IMG/VR virus record: IMGVR_UViG_3300008050_000019
Source: a virus
DNA length: 64,000 nt
Strand: one strand, 5' to 3'
A model generated the notes under the pieces. It was given only the letters and a program-made list of their open reading frames with translations, was not told the origin of the DNA and did not search any database. The translations under genes and the position numbers were made by a program. Shown one piece after another: positions 1 through 8,960 of the stretch (its first letter is position 1; every line of letters begins with the position of its first letter).

Positions 1-230
1 TGCTACAGAGCCATCTGGGTAGTATGTTATTACAGCCGGCTTGTTATTGCGGTGGACCACAGAGTGTAACATATAAGTATGTTTTATAACATAACCCTCG
101 AGATGATACCAGATATCTGCGGGCCTATCTCCTGATTGGCATTCAGGGTTATTGAAGTGTGTGATTCTTTCTATTTGCCCAGTTAGGTAGTATTCTTTTT
201 TGGTAAATGGTTTCACATATTTTCCTTGTT

Positions 231-313
231 CCCAGGCTCACCCCTAATAAACCAGATATTTTATCATATAACCCCTTATTTTAATAGGTCCAGTTTATTA
301 GGGGTGAGCCTGG
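231..313. repeat. long-stem hairpin element (family copy 1)
   Basis: 22-bp perfect stem 231-252 / 292-313 (cccaggctcacccctaataaac); 39-nt loop nearly identical to copy 2. Confidence 0.6.
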
Positions 314-465
314 GAACACTGGTTAAACACCTGAATAAAAGATATAATCCTTATTCGATTTCGGTATCAGCTAAGTAAAGGTACATTGCAATTGAGGACC
401 TCACTTTACGAAATTTCTGGTGGATGTGATTCAATACAAACGTCATATGAAACTACTTTCTTAGC

Positions 466-756
466 TTAAGAATCTTCGACCATCTCAGTCGGATACCACA
501 AAGTATCAGGAGGTGAATCATCTTCATCACAATGCCCGACAAGAGCTCGAAAACTTTCGCGCTCAAGGACGCGATACTCAGCAAGATAGCCCTTCTGCAC
601 TTCTGCTAAGCTCAAGAATGCCTTCAACTCAGGAGTTCTTGCCATAGATAATGCATGTGCAATGATCTCTTCGTCAGTTTTCATTAAATTTAACCTCAAT
701 GATCTCTTGGACTCGGTGCAATGACCAGCCAGCTTTTCGTGCTGCAGCTGCTGCAT
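466..756 (-). CDS. hypothetical protein
   Basis: ORF track; no recognisable motif; possible internal start at MKTDEEII. Confidence 0.4.
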   Translation of the reverse strand: MQQLQHEKLAGHCTESKRSLRLNLMKTDEEIIAHALSMARTPELKAFLSLAEVQKGYLAEYRVLERESFRALVGHCDEDDSPPDTLWYPTEMVEDS

Positions 757-916
757 TCGTCAATAAGCCAAAAATGATAGTGTTAAGTAGGGTGGGACTA
801 GATGTAGCCCCAGTGTGGCCGAACTCTACACGTCCGGCCGCAGGTAGAACCGTTTGTTCCGTTTTCATATTAATATTATATAACAAGCATAGAAACTTTA
901 TTACATAATATTAACA

Positions 917-1387
917 TCATTTAAAAAATTCTGAGTACTTTTTTCCGTCTCGGGTAAAATATGCTTCAACCGGTTGACCCGCTCTAGTGCTTCTTGCAGG
1001 ACCAGCCCACTCATAACTGCGGCATACACCATCGTCATAAAATGTCTCGTCTGCAGGTCCATCATCTCTAGAAAGCTTGCCCTTCATATAATATGAAGTA
1101 AAGTGTTTATTGCCGTTGCTATAGAATCCCTCTATTGCAGGACCTCCAATGCGGTGCAGGTGCCCAAACTGTTTGTACTCGCGCCTAAGTATTTCACCAC
1201 TTTTGTACCATATAATGGCAGGACCACCTTCACGATGAAGCTTGCCATTCACTCTGAATTCTTCTCTGTCGAGCCGGCCAACATGATCAAAATGACGCAC
1301 TGCAGGACCACCTTCACGATGAAGCTTGCCATTAAGCTTGTAGGTTTCTCGCTTTAGGGTCCCATCTTTATAAAATGCTTGTTCCAT
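917..1387 (-). CDS. MORN-variant repeat protein
   Basis: ~23-aa tandem repeats of 'NGKLHREGGPA' / 'GHLHRIGGPA' type, consistent with bacterial MORN-variant (G-x-x-H-R-x-x-GPA) repeats; paralogue of 5940..6368. Confidence 0.55.
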   Translation of the reverse strand: MEQAFYKDGTLKRETYKLNGKLHREGGPAVRHFDHVGRLDREEFRVNGKLHREGGPAIIWYKSGEILRREYKQFGHLHRIGGPAIEGFYSNGNKHFTSYYMKGKLSRDDGPADETFYDDGVCRSYEWAGPARSTRAGQPVEAYFTRDGKKYSEFFK

Positions 1388-1395
1388 ATTTAGAG

Positions 1396-1578
1396 CTAAT
1401 GCTTTCTGTCATCAGAAATGACTACGCCCGGGACTTCCCTTTCTCCGGATTTTAAGTTGAATTTGCTTAAAGTGACTTTAAGTCGCCTATCATCAATTAG
1501 TTTTTGTGCTTCCGCATTTGAGATATGACCAAAACATAACGCTGCCGCTATTGAAAAATCACCTGTAGGTATAGACAT
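1396..1578 (-). CDS. hypothetical small protein
   Basis: ORF track only. Confidence 0.3.
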   Translation of the reverse strand: MSIPTGDFSIAAALCFGHISNAEAQKLIDDRRLKVTLSKFNLKSGEREVPGVVISDDRKH

Positions 1579-1592
1579 ATCTGGCCTCTAAC

Positions 1593-1955
1593 TTAGGTCA
1601 TCTGCTTGTTGGGTGAACCAGCGTACTTTGGAAGGTGGACGCCAAAATGGCGCAGAATGGATGAGGGTGACATTAGCCCAGCATTGGGAGCATTAAAGAA
1701 TGATTTCTCAAGCTGCTCAAGCTGCTCATTACTTAAAGTGGTTGAGATATCTGTCCAAGGGGATACGGCTCGGCCCAAGGCAATTGATCTACCAATTGCC
1801 TTGACAAAGATATCACCTGATGAGCAAATTGCAAATCCAACATTCCAAGTTTTTTCACTTACGGGGACAAATGCAATAGTAATCCTACTTGGCTTTGCGT
1901 TAAGTGGGCCTGGTGGCTGAGCAGTAATGCGTCGATAATAAGTTCGGCGTGACAT
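1593..1955 (-). CDS. hypothetical protein
   Basis: ORF track; same-strand tandem arrangement. Confidence 0.4.
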   Translation of the reverse strand: MSRRTYYRRITAQPPGPLNAKPSRITIAFVPVSEKTWNVGFAICSSGDIFVKAIGRSIALGRAVSPWTDISTTLSNEQLEQLEKSFFNAPNAGLMSPSSILRHFGVHLPKYAGSPNKQMT

Positions 1956-1962
1956 AATATTC

Positions 1963-2301
1963 CTATCTCTTCGAGACTAAGCGAAGGATCGCGTTTATTC
2001 CAGCTGTCATTTTTCTGACACCTGGTGGGTTATCTGAGTGTACTTTTATAATCGGTGGTATGAAATCGCTTGTTGCTACTTGCTCTTCTATCCATAAGAT
2101 AACGTCATTGCCCGTGCCATGCACATCATCTCCAAGATCATGATCAAGTGATACTTCACTTACTTTCTCAGTCTTTAATAACTGTATTACGTCTTCTGGC
2201 CAACGACAAAGCGTGTAACCAGGTGGGCATTTACGTTTATCATCAAGGAAAAGTTTCATATCAACCATGTATATGGTATTACGATATGAAACTTTAAACA
2301 C
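1963..2301 (-). CDS. hypothetical protein
   Basis: ORF track; annotated N-terminus overlaps conserved promoter-like motif at 2275-2302, so true start is probably the internal Met (MVDMKLF). Confidence 0.45.
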   Translation of the reverse strand: MFKVSYRNTIYMVDMKLFLDDKRKCPPGYTLCRWPEDVIQLLKTEKVSEVSLDHDLGDDVHGTGNDVILWIEEQVATSDFIPPIIKVHSDNPPGVRKMTAGINAILRLVSKR

Positions 2302-2302
2302 A
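2275..2302 (-). promoter_or_regulatory. conserved promoter-like motif (site C)
   Basis: Transcribed strand TGTGTTTAAAGTTTCATATCGTAATAC, then CATATACATGG with an ATG 7 nt later. Confidence 0.4.
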
Positions 2303-2310
2303 TTTTTTAT

Positions 2311-2976
2311 TCAAAAATAGGCTTTAGGAAATCTTTTTCTACCGTATGCTAACCAAACTTTCTTTACTCGTTCAATCATTTCATCTGTTAAAACAGGATC
2401 TATATCAAACTCTTTCATTTGGTGTCTAACGCTGTCAAACTTCTTGTTTAAGAAGTAAGACGCAGGTACTCTAGCAGTTTTTGCTTGCTTGTAGATGCCT
2501 GAAACAAATGCAGCAACCTCACCCTTGTCTAAAAGATAAGCTTCCGCTTGTTTTAGCGTTTTTCTTCCATGCTCATACTCTATATCCCAACCTTGTTGGG
2601 CAGTATGCTCTAACTCATGTCTAATAATAGATTTCAGTTCAGGAATAAGAAGTTCCATGTCATCAAACATGGAAGTTTGATCATCATGCCAATCTTCCGA
2701 CACATCTATATTTATGAGTATGGACTTCTTCCCGTCATTTGTATGTTGACCATAAGCACCACTTAGCACAGGAGCCTTACCAGGCTTTAATGATGAGGTT
2801 ACCACAACAAAAATCGCATCGACATTTTCAATGTCAGATTTAAGCTTAAAGACATTTTTTTTCTTGAGCTTATTTTTGTATATAACTTTTATTTTTCTGA
2901 CGATTTGCCTTGATATATGTGTCGTTTCATTCTCAAAACGACCCTCAAGAAGGCATTGCTTTAACTCAAAAGACAT
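2311..2976 (-). CDS. hypothetical protein
   Basis: 221-aa ORF, no motif recognised. Confidence 0.45.
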   Translation of the reverse strand: MSFELKQCLLEGRFENETTHISRQIVRKIKVIYKNKLKKKNVFKLKSDIENVDAIFVVVTSSLKPGKAPVLSGAYGQHTNDGKKSILINIDVSEDWHDDQTSMFDDMELLIPELKSIIRHELEHTAQQGWDIEYEHGRKTLKQAEAYLLDKGEVAAFVSGIYKQAKTARVPASYFLNKKFDSVRHQMKEFDIDPVLTDEMIERVKKVWLAYGRKRFPKAYF

Positions 2977-3000
2977 ATATACTATGTATGGTACATAATG

Positions 3001-3369
3001 CTAACTATTGCAATAACCCTCGCAACAAACCAAATCTCCATTACAAATCTCTGGATAAATCTCAGTTGCTAGGCATAGCAGAACGCATTGCGACAGGTTA
3101 CCTGCGTCTGGTGGTCCGACGTCAACTGGATTAGCATCTAATGCTCCAGCGTCTATGAAGCCGGCGTCTATGAAGCCGGCATCAATGAAGCCGACGTCTG
3201 GCATACCCCCGTCATATAAAACTTCTCCAGCATCTGGCATTACACTTGCATCATAAAACCTGGTGGGTCTTTGGGCGGAAATTGCTGAGCTGCATCCCCT
3301 TGACCCACATTCATCACAGGCAGCTAAAGACAGAAGCGCAAGCGCCATAAATAATTTTCGTTTAAACAT
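3001..3369 (-). CDS. lipoprotein with GFIDA tandem repeats and Cys-rich C-terminus
   Basis: N-terminal signal peptide with lipobox (LSLAAC); 'DAGFIDAGFIDAGFIDAG' encoded by a 15-bp tandem repeat at 3146-3200; C-terminal Cys cluster. Confidence 0.55.
   Translation of the reverse strand: MFKRKLFMALALLSLAACDECGSRGCSSAISAQRPTRFYDASVMPDAGEVLYDGGMPDVGFIDAGFIDAGFIDAGALDANPVDVGPPDAGNLSQCVLLCLATEIYPEICNGDLVCCEGYCNS
3146..3200. repeat. 15-bp in-frame tandem repeat (x3 plus partial copies) encoding GFIDA
   Basis: gtctatgaagccggc / gtctatgaagccggc / atcaatgaagccgac. Confidence 0.7.
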
Positions 3370-3745
3370 TTTTTCCTCTAAACCTACTTTTTCCCAACAA
3401 GCGAACGCCTAAATAAGCAATCCCTGCTCTGTATTTGTCAACTTTATCAACCTTAACTAAGATTGAGTAAAAAATTATGTCACATTCTTTTCTAGATAAG
3501 AAATACTCGCTTCCGTCTTTATAAAGTCTGTTATCTGAGTAGAGATAATCATGAGCACATGTACCGATCTTAGCATCAATACCAAGAAAGTTTCTTAGCC
3601 ATTGTGGTCCAGCTGCACCATTCCAAGGAAATTTCTTTGGGATGGTTACTATTCGCTCATCAATGGCCAATTTCAATTCTTTTTGTAGAATAAACTTTTT
3701 ATTATTTAGCTTAGAGTACAAAAATTTTGATGCTACTATCTTCAT
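3362..3745 (-). CDS. hypothetical protein (C-x-H-D motif)
   Basis: ORF track extends to 3751 via a GTG; first ATG is at 3745 and abuts the tRNA at 3749; contains 'GTCAHDYLY' (phospholipase-A2-like C-x-H-D signature, weak). Confidence 0.4.
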   Translation of the reverse strand: MKIVASKFLYSKLNNKKFILQKELKLAIDERIVTIPKKFPWNGAAGPQWLRNFLGIDAKIGTCAHDYLYSDNRLYKDGSEYFLSRKECDIIFYSILVKVDKVDKYRAGIAYLGVRLLGKSRFRGKNV

Positions 3746-3748
3746 ATA

Positions 3749-3822
3749 CACTCCCTAGTGGATTCGAACCACTGACCTTGAGCTTAGAAGGCTCCTGCGC
3801 TATCCAGCTGCGCTAAGGGAGT
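3749..3822 (-). tRNA. tRNA-Arg (anticodon TCT)
   Basis: Reverse complement folds as a cloverleaf: acceptor ACTCCCT/AGGGAGT (A1:U72), D-arm GCGC/GCGC, anticodon loop CTTCTAA, T-arm AGTGG-TTCGAAT-CCACT. One mismatch in the anticodon stem. Confidence 0.6.
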
Positions 3823-4125
3823 AAATTGGCGCCACATTTAAAGCGCCTGCATATAGAATAGAATCATGTAATATACTACCGGGCCTATATACTCCCGGCA
3901 GGTAACCTGTATATGGTAAACTTGACATTGCCACGATTTATTATATGGCGACTTCTAAATGTCATGTGTCAAGCTCATTACATGATAATGATAAAGCTAT
4001 GGCTTTAATGTTCTAAGTCAGCGCATAATATTAACCCTCGTATTAAACTAATTGATTCCTCACGCTCAATCAGACGTTCGGCGTGTCGCAACCACAACAG
4101 CTGGCTAAGTAGCGTACTAGCCATA

Positions 4126-4210
4126 TGCTCAGAGCGGGAGTCGAACCCGCACTCCCATTAAGGGCGACGGATTTTAAATCCGTTGCGTCTACCAATTCCG
4201 CCATCCAAGC
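4126..4210 (-). tRNA. tRNA-Leu (anticodon TAA), type II
   Basis: 85-nt cloverleaf with long variable arm; anticodon loop TTTAAAA; T-arm GCGGG-TTCGACT-CCCGC; acceptor GCTTGGA/TCTGAGC with two G:U pairs. Confidence 0.6.
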
Positions 4211-4414
4211 TAATTTTCATTCAAGGTTATTTATTCCTTGTTAAAATATAATACCACCCTTTGAATTCAAAGATACTGTTATTTTTCATTAATTTAAATC
4301 AGTCAAGCTTTCTTAAACCAAGAAGCAGGAAATGGCATTCCCATACCCACTAAGCCATAATATACAGAACTGGCCTTGGTAGTTCAATCTTTATTATCTC
4401 ACCCATCTGTGTTC

Positions 4415-4720
4415 CTAAATGCTTTTATTCAAAGTAAATTCTGTCTGAGCAGGAAACACGATCGTTTTAATTCTGTAAGACTGATTCTTAAGTGTGTAGT
4501 TAACAACAGATAAACGGCCAGCAGACACTAATTCATTAACAAAGACAATCATTTTGTTTGCATCTAAGCCGCTAGGAAGAATAATATTTTCGTCATTCAA
4601 GTAATGTACTGAAGTGGATGCCAGCACTGTCAGTGTCATGGGTCCTTCTATGGTCACCTTATCAACCAAATAGTTTTTGAAATCGGCCTTTGTAAAAAAG
4701 GTACTCTTTTTTTTGTTCAC
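4415..4720 (-). CDS. hypothetical protein
   Basis: ORF lying between tRNA genes in the tRNA cluster. Confidence 0.4.
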   Translation of the reverse strand: MNKKKSTFFTKADFKNYLVDKVTIEGPMTLTVLASTSVHYLNDENIILPSGLDANKMIVFVNELVSAGRLSVVNYTLKNQSYRIKTIVFPAQTEFTLNKSI

Positions 4721-4721
4721 A

Positions 4722-4795
4722 CGCCTCCTAGTGGACTCGAACCACCAACCTTAGGTTTAGGAAACCTACGCGCTATCCAATTGCGCCAAGGAGGC
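4722..4795 (-). tRNA. tRNA-Arg (anticodon CCT)
   Basis: Clean cloverleaf: acceptor GCCTCCT/AGGAGGC, D-arm GCGC-AATTGGATA-GCGC, anticodon stem TAGGT/ACCTA with loop TTCCTAA, T-arm GGTGG-TTCGAGT-CCACT. Confidence 0.8.
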
Positions 4796-4911
4796 AATAT
4801 TCCAGCCCGGCTTTGAACCAGGATCTCTCTATTACGAGCGCTTTGACCGCTAAAAGATAAGCTAAGTAACCAAACTTCCGCCCATTCTTTTTTAAGCTAC
4901 TGGATTACTGA
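4796..4911 (-). other. tRNA-like remnant / unassigned structured spacer
   Basis: 116-nt spacer between two tRNAs contains a good T-arm (CCTGG-TTCAAAG-CCGGG) and an anticodon-like stem-loop (AGCG-GTCAAAG-CGCT), but I could not close an acceptor stem. Confidence 0.25.
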
Positions 4912-4984
4912 TACGGCTGGGTGGAATTGAACCACCGACGTCCACCTTATAAGGATGGCGCTCTTACCCCTGAGCTACAGCCGT
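4912..4984 (-). tRNA. tRNA-Ile (anticodon TAT, reads AUA)
   Basis: 73-nt cloverleaf: acceptor ACGGCTG/CAGCCGT (A1:U72), D-arm GCTC-AGGGGTAA-GAGC, anticodon stem CCATC/GGTGG with loop CTTATAA, T-arm GGTGG-TTCAATT-CCACC. Confidence 0.55.
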
Positions 4985-4989
4985 TTACT

Positions 4990-5382
4990 TTAAATGCTAT
5001 CTAAAACAGTTTGCATTTTATCTCGTACATCATCGAGCATTTCATCAATGGGGTCCATCTTCGCTCTAAGCTTATCATGCACCATCTCTTTAGCAGCTTC
5101 TTGTACATGGCGATCATAATCTCCAACCATCATGTCAACTATGTCAAGAAAGCGAAATGATTTCCCGTTAATAGTAAGCTCAACAGCAAAATTCCCGCCT
5201 TTCTCTTTTGCATCAAGAGCAACAGCTTCAACAATGCTTCTGTCTGCACTTATTAGGTTAAGAATTATTGTACCATACACGTTTTTGGAAGAACCTAGAA
5301 CGTCAATAGTACTAAAAGATTCTACACCATCTTTGTATGTAACATCAAAGGCTCTTTTAGTTTTACTTTTAATTTCTTCCAT
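4990..5382 (-). CDS. hypothetical protein
   Basis: 130-aa ORF flanked by tRNA-Ile and tRNA-Met. Confidence 0.45.
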   Translation of the reverse strand: MEEIKSKTKRAFDVTYKDGVESFSTIDVLGSSKNVYGTIILNLISADRSIVEAVALDAKEKGGNFAVELTINGKSFRFLDIVDMMVGDYDRHVQEAAKEMVHDKLRAKMDPIDEMLDDVRDKMQTVLDSI

Positions 5383-5401
5383 CTTCTTTCTTTCTTTTAA
5401 A

Positions 5402-5474
5402 TGGGCCCAGAGGGATTCGAACCCCCGACAAAGGAGATATGAGCTCCCGACTCTAACCGCTGAGCTATAGGCCC
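5402..5474 (-). tRNA. tRNA-Met (anticodon CAT; could be an Ile2/lysidine type)
   Basis: Clean cloverleaf: acceptor GGGCCTA/TGGGCCC, D-arm GCTC-AGCGGTTA-GAGT, anticodon stem GGGAG/CTCCT with loop CTCATAT, T-arm GGGGG-TTCGAAT-CCCTC. Confidence 0.8.
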
Positions 5475-5538
5475 GTGTAATTTATTTTATATATTGTATT
5501 GCCTGATTATTATAACACAGTATATTTTCTTGTGTCAC

Positions 5539-5889
5539 TTATTTTTTTCTAAATTTCATTAGTTTTTTGTAATGATGCGCTTTGTGGGCGCAAACTAGTT
5601 TGGTGTGCTCGATTTTATCTTCGTACAAACCGTCAGCCTTCATAAGAAGCTCAAGTGTTACAGTAAGGTTGCTGCCAGAACCAACGCCAGATAGAAAAGA
5701 AGTAAATTTCACCAAGTTTTCTGCAGTTTGGTTAGTAGCTGGACATGAATAGTATGTATTAACTACAGCTTTAAGCAATCCAGTTCGCTGGGCATCATCG
5801 AGCAAGATAATTGGGCCTTTCGCAGCAATTCGAACTGCATAATCTTGCCAAGATTCAATGATCAATTTTGCTGTATTGGTCCACCGCAT
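5539..5889 (-). CDS. hypothetical protein
   Basis: ORF track. Confidence 0.4.
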   Translation of the reverse strand: MRWTNTAKLIIESWQDYAVRIAAKGPIILLDDAQRTGLLKAVVNTYYSCPATNQTAENLVKFTSFLSGVGSGSNLTVTLELLMKADGLYEDKIEHTKLVCAHKAHHYKKLMKFRKK

Positions 5890-5939
5890 ATAGTAATTAT
5901 ATCACGCATTAAATCATTTAACACATAAAGTTTACTGTG

Positions 5940-6368
5940 TTAATACATTGATGTTAGTGTTTCATAATCGCCCTTTGCCAAAAGGTAAAGTCTGTATTCT
6001 TCTTCTGATAGAGAGCGATCATTAATGAAAAACTCTTTATAGGAGCCTGCAATTATAGCAGGCCCATCCGCTCTATGTAATAGGCCATCTTTATAATAGT
6101 GCATGTATATAATAGCTCCACTAATATTAACGTATCGTATACGTGCGGGACCGCCGAATCTATGTTTTAAACCATGTTTATAATAAACTACATCTTTCTT
6201 GGCACCAGACATATAATAAGCTGCGTATGCTGGGCCACTCTCCCTGTGTAAGGCCCCACGTTCATCGACGTACCTACATAAGGTTTCATGTTGGCGATGA
6301 ATAATTTGAGATTTCTCTTTACCAAGCATGTAAATTATATTAGCACAGAAAATTTTCCATTTACACAC
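5940..6368 (-). CDS. MORN-variant repeat protein (paralogue)
   Basis: Repeats 'HGLKHRFGGPARIRY', 'DGLLHRADGPAII', same G-x-x-H-R-x-x-GPA repeat type as 917..1387. Confidence 0.55.
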   Translation of the reverse strand: MCKWKIFCANIIYMLGKEKSQIIHRQHETLCRYVDERGALHRESGPAYAAYYMSGAKKDVVYYKHGLKHRFGGPARIRYVNISGAIIYMHYYKDGLLHRADGPAIIAGSYKEFFINDRSLSEEEYRLYLLAKGDYETLTSMY

Positions 6369-6403
6369 ATGATTAACGTAAGTTCAAGCTTAACAAATGC
6401 ATA

Positions 6404-6865
6404 ATGTTAAGTATAATTAGTAACATGATTATAGTCTGGGAAGTTATAACTGGTGAAAATCATAATATTTTCGCCAGGCAGGAAGATGCTATTTTATTAC
6501 ATGGTATAGTAAAGCATATGGTCACATCTAATGGAAAAGTTCCAGAGGGGTACCCTTTAAGTGTTAATGAAAAGCATATATTTGGTATAGAATCAATTGT
6601 GCTAATGACCAGTGTTGCAAGTGTTTTAGCAGATTGGATGATGAACATAAGCATTGATCAGATTGCTGTCGGGTTCGAGGATGCAGTCTGGCCCCCAGAT
6701 ACTCCTTATGCTGGATACCCAGTTTTCACAGATGCGGAAAAAACTAATATACAGATTGCACGTGCACAAAAAAAGCTGCTTTCATCAATTGATGAAAGTG
6801 AAAGACTTCTTTTATTCAATACAACATTAACGACTGCACAATTATTTGCAACTGGTAGTAATTAA
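6404..6865 (+). CDS. hypothetical protein, translationally coupled to downstream fibre-like gene
   Basis: Stop overlaps ATG of 6865..8523 (TAATGG); only plus-strand gene pair in the window. Confidence 0.45.
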   Translation: MLSIISNMIIVWEVITGENHNIFARQEDAILLHGIVKHMVTSNGKVPEGYPLSVNEKHIFGIESIVLMTSVASVLADWMMNISIDQIAVGFEDAVWPPDTPYAGYPVFTDAEKTNIQIARAQKKLLSSIDESERLLLFNTTLTTAQLFATGSN

Positions 6866-8523
6866 TGGCAGCTATTGATTTTAATCTGCGATGTTTTCGA
6901 GGAAGCGGTGGCGTGCTCGATTATGATACCGCTTCAACTTCATTAATGACAGGTTCGGTCGTCAGTTGCTCAGTTGATATTTATAACCGCAACGGTTCAC
7001 TACTTGCAGGCCCATTTCACTCCATAAGTGGTTCCGTAACGAAGATTTCTGCAGGAGGAACAGACACTTGGACATTTGATCCCGCTCATGCAGACGTTAT
7101 TGCTTCTACTAGATTGTCACGCCAGTTCGACGAACACCTTAGGTTCCGATTCACTGAAACTGTTCCTAGTGCGTCGTCTGTTGCAGATGTATGGGTAACT
7201 GTTAACAATCAAGACAAAATAGCCAGCGATTATCCGAACAAAAAGTTATTTTGTGATGGTTTCTTCGGAGATAATAACGCAAGTTATGCTACTCCAGAAT
7301 TTGGTAATGCTTCAAAGCTCAACCCTACACGCCAAGTTCGTGAAATGAGTGCCATGGCACCAAGTATTGGATCAACCCATTATATGATTGTGAACCAGGT
7401 TTATGGTGTAAGAACAGATACATTCACAGGAGTAACATTCGAGGGTGATCCTCTAGGTGCAATTGTCGCACGGGGTGGAAACACGCTGTCGCTTGATAAC
7501 TGTTACTTTAAGAATATGGATCTTCGCGGATTTCTTGGAGGAACGTACGATGGAACGTTTACTGTTGATGGCGGAAAGTTACAGACGGGCTTTAAGCATG
7601 CAAATGGTGTTTTAACATGCGTCAATGAAGTTGGGCTTGAGGGAGATATTGACCTTCAATCAACTACAATAATGATTGGTGATGTTAAAGGGACCGCCGC
7701 TGTCATAGACTGCTCAGCACCTTTAACAGATCTTATTCTCGGTATCGATAAGGGTGATATTCAATTAGATAATTTGGATTCTGGCATGAATGTTTCTATA
7801 ACAGGTGTCGGTGGGACGTTAAAGCTTCCTGTCGGCAATGCAAATCCAGCCAGTGTTAAGGTGGGTGGGTATATTATCATAACAGATGACTCAGACGTTC
7901 CGTGGGATAATCAAAATAATATTGGCGGCTGCGAAATCACCGCTTCCGTTATTGCATCAAGAACGAACGTTTTGACAAATCTTCCTGCGCAACAAGGGCC
8001 AGGACAGTGGGACACTACAAGTTCGCTGACAACTTCAAGCATAGGAACAAGTGTTTGGAATTCGCTGACGTCCTCATTCAGTACATCTGGATCTGCAGGT
8101 GAAATTCTTATTAATAACTTTTTGCTTGCTGGTGAAACTGCGACGGCGATGTCAGGGACTGCTGCAGGTGTCTGGGATGCGTTAACATCATCATTTAATA
8201 TATCTGGATCTGCAGGTGATGCACTAATTAATAGCTATCTCTTTGCGTCAGGAACAGCAGAGGCATTGTCAGGTACGGCAGCTGATGTGTGGGCAGTTCA
8301 ATCATCATCACTTACCGTACCTGGTTCAACTGGTATGATGCTTACCAATATATCATCTTCTGTTAACTTTATCGAAGGGATAGAGGGCGGAAGGTGGAAG
8401 ATAATTAGTAACCAGATGATATTTTATGGTACTGACAATACGACTGAAATTGCTAGATTTAATCTACTTGATGACTTGGGAGCGCCAACTACAGCGTCGC
8501 CATTTGAAAGAGTAAGAACATAA
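6865..8523 (+). CDS. putative tail fibre / receptor-binding-like structural protein with C-terminal tandem repeats
   Basis: 552 aa, Gly/Thr/Ser/Asn-rich with beta-helix-like 'GGNTLSLDNCYF' segments; three ~40-aa C-terminal repeats (W-x-LTSSF-x-SGSAG-x-LIN-x-L-x-A-x-A-x-SGTAA-x-VW). Confidence 0.4.
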   Translation: MAAIDFNLRCFRGSGGVLDYDTASTSLMTGSVVSCSVDIYNRNGSLLAGPFHSISGSVTKISAGGTDTWTFDPAHADVIASTRLSRQFDEHLRFRFTETVPSASSVADVWVTVNNQDKIASDYPNKKLFCDGFFGDNNASYATPEFGNASKLNPTRQVREMSAMAPSIGSTHYMIVNQVYGVRTDTFTGVTFEGDPLGAIVARGGNTLSLDNCYFKNMDLRGFLGGTYDGTFTVDGGKLQTGFKHANGVLTCVNEVGLEGDIDLQSTTIMIGDVKGTAAVIDCSAPLTDLILGIDKGDIQLDNLDSGMNVSITGVGGTLKLPVGNANPASVKVGGYIIITDDSDVPWDNQNNIGGCEITASVIASRTNVLTNLPAQQGPGQWDTTSSLTTSSIGTSVWNSLTSSFSTSGSAGEILINNFLLAGETATAMSGTAAGVWDALTSSFNISGSAGDALINSYLFASGTAEALSGTAADVWAVQSSSLTVPGSTGMMLTNISSSVNFIEGIEGGRWKIISNQMIFYGTDNTTEIARFNLLDDLGAPTTASPFERVRT

Positions 8524-8534
8524 AGACGTAATCT

Positions 8535-8616
8535 CCAGGCTCACTCCTGATAAACCGGATATTTTATAATATAACCCCTTATTTTAATAAGGCCGGTTTA
8601 TCAGGAGTGAGCCTAG
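8535..8616. terminator. long-stem hairpin element (family copy 2); likely bidirectional terminator between convergent genes
   Basis: 22-bp perfect stem 8537-8558 / 8593-8614 with 34-nt AT-rich loop, between the end of the plus-strand gene 6865..8523 and the end of the minus-strand gene 8652..8960. Confidence 0.6.
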
Positions 8617-8651
8617 AAACAACCATGACACTTCATGATTAAAGGCAGGAA

Positions 8652-8960
8652 TCATTTATAATTATCAATGATAAATTGCTGCTGTGCGTACATCATTGAT
8701 TTAAGGCTACGGATATGTAATTCATATCGCTCTATTGTAGCCTCAACAATCTTTATAGGCGGAATGACGTCAATTTCAACTTCAACTCCCCGATCATATG
8801 CAGGGTCACCTCTGTAGGTGTATCCCTCTATGACATCGTCTATATAACAATCTTCAGATTCTTTGTAAAGAGAGGCATCGCCTGGATGAATCCAAGCATA
8901 CTCCCAGTCGACCGGACCAGAGCGAGAATTAACTTTGTAGCGTGTCCACACTACAGCCAC
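8652..8960 (-). CDS. hypothetical protein
   Basis: ORF track. Confidence 0.4.
   Translation of the reverse strand: MAVVWTRYKVNSRSGPVDWEYAWIHPGDASLYKESEDCYIDDVIEGYTYRGDPAYDRGVEVEIDVIPPIKIVEATIERYELHIRSLKSMMYAQQQFIIDNYK

Noticed and set aside
1-230. Possible partial minus-strand gene running off the left edge (translation ...PADIWYHLEGYVIKHTYMLHSVVHRNNKPAVITYYPDGS)
   Set aside because: Reads protein-like but is shorter than the ORF-track threshold inside the window, and I cannot define a start; left unannotated.
5132-5470. Plus-strand ORF overlapping tRNA-Met and the 4990..5382 gene
   Set aside because: Overlaps a well-folded tRNA and a same-region minus gene; translation is low-complexity.
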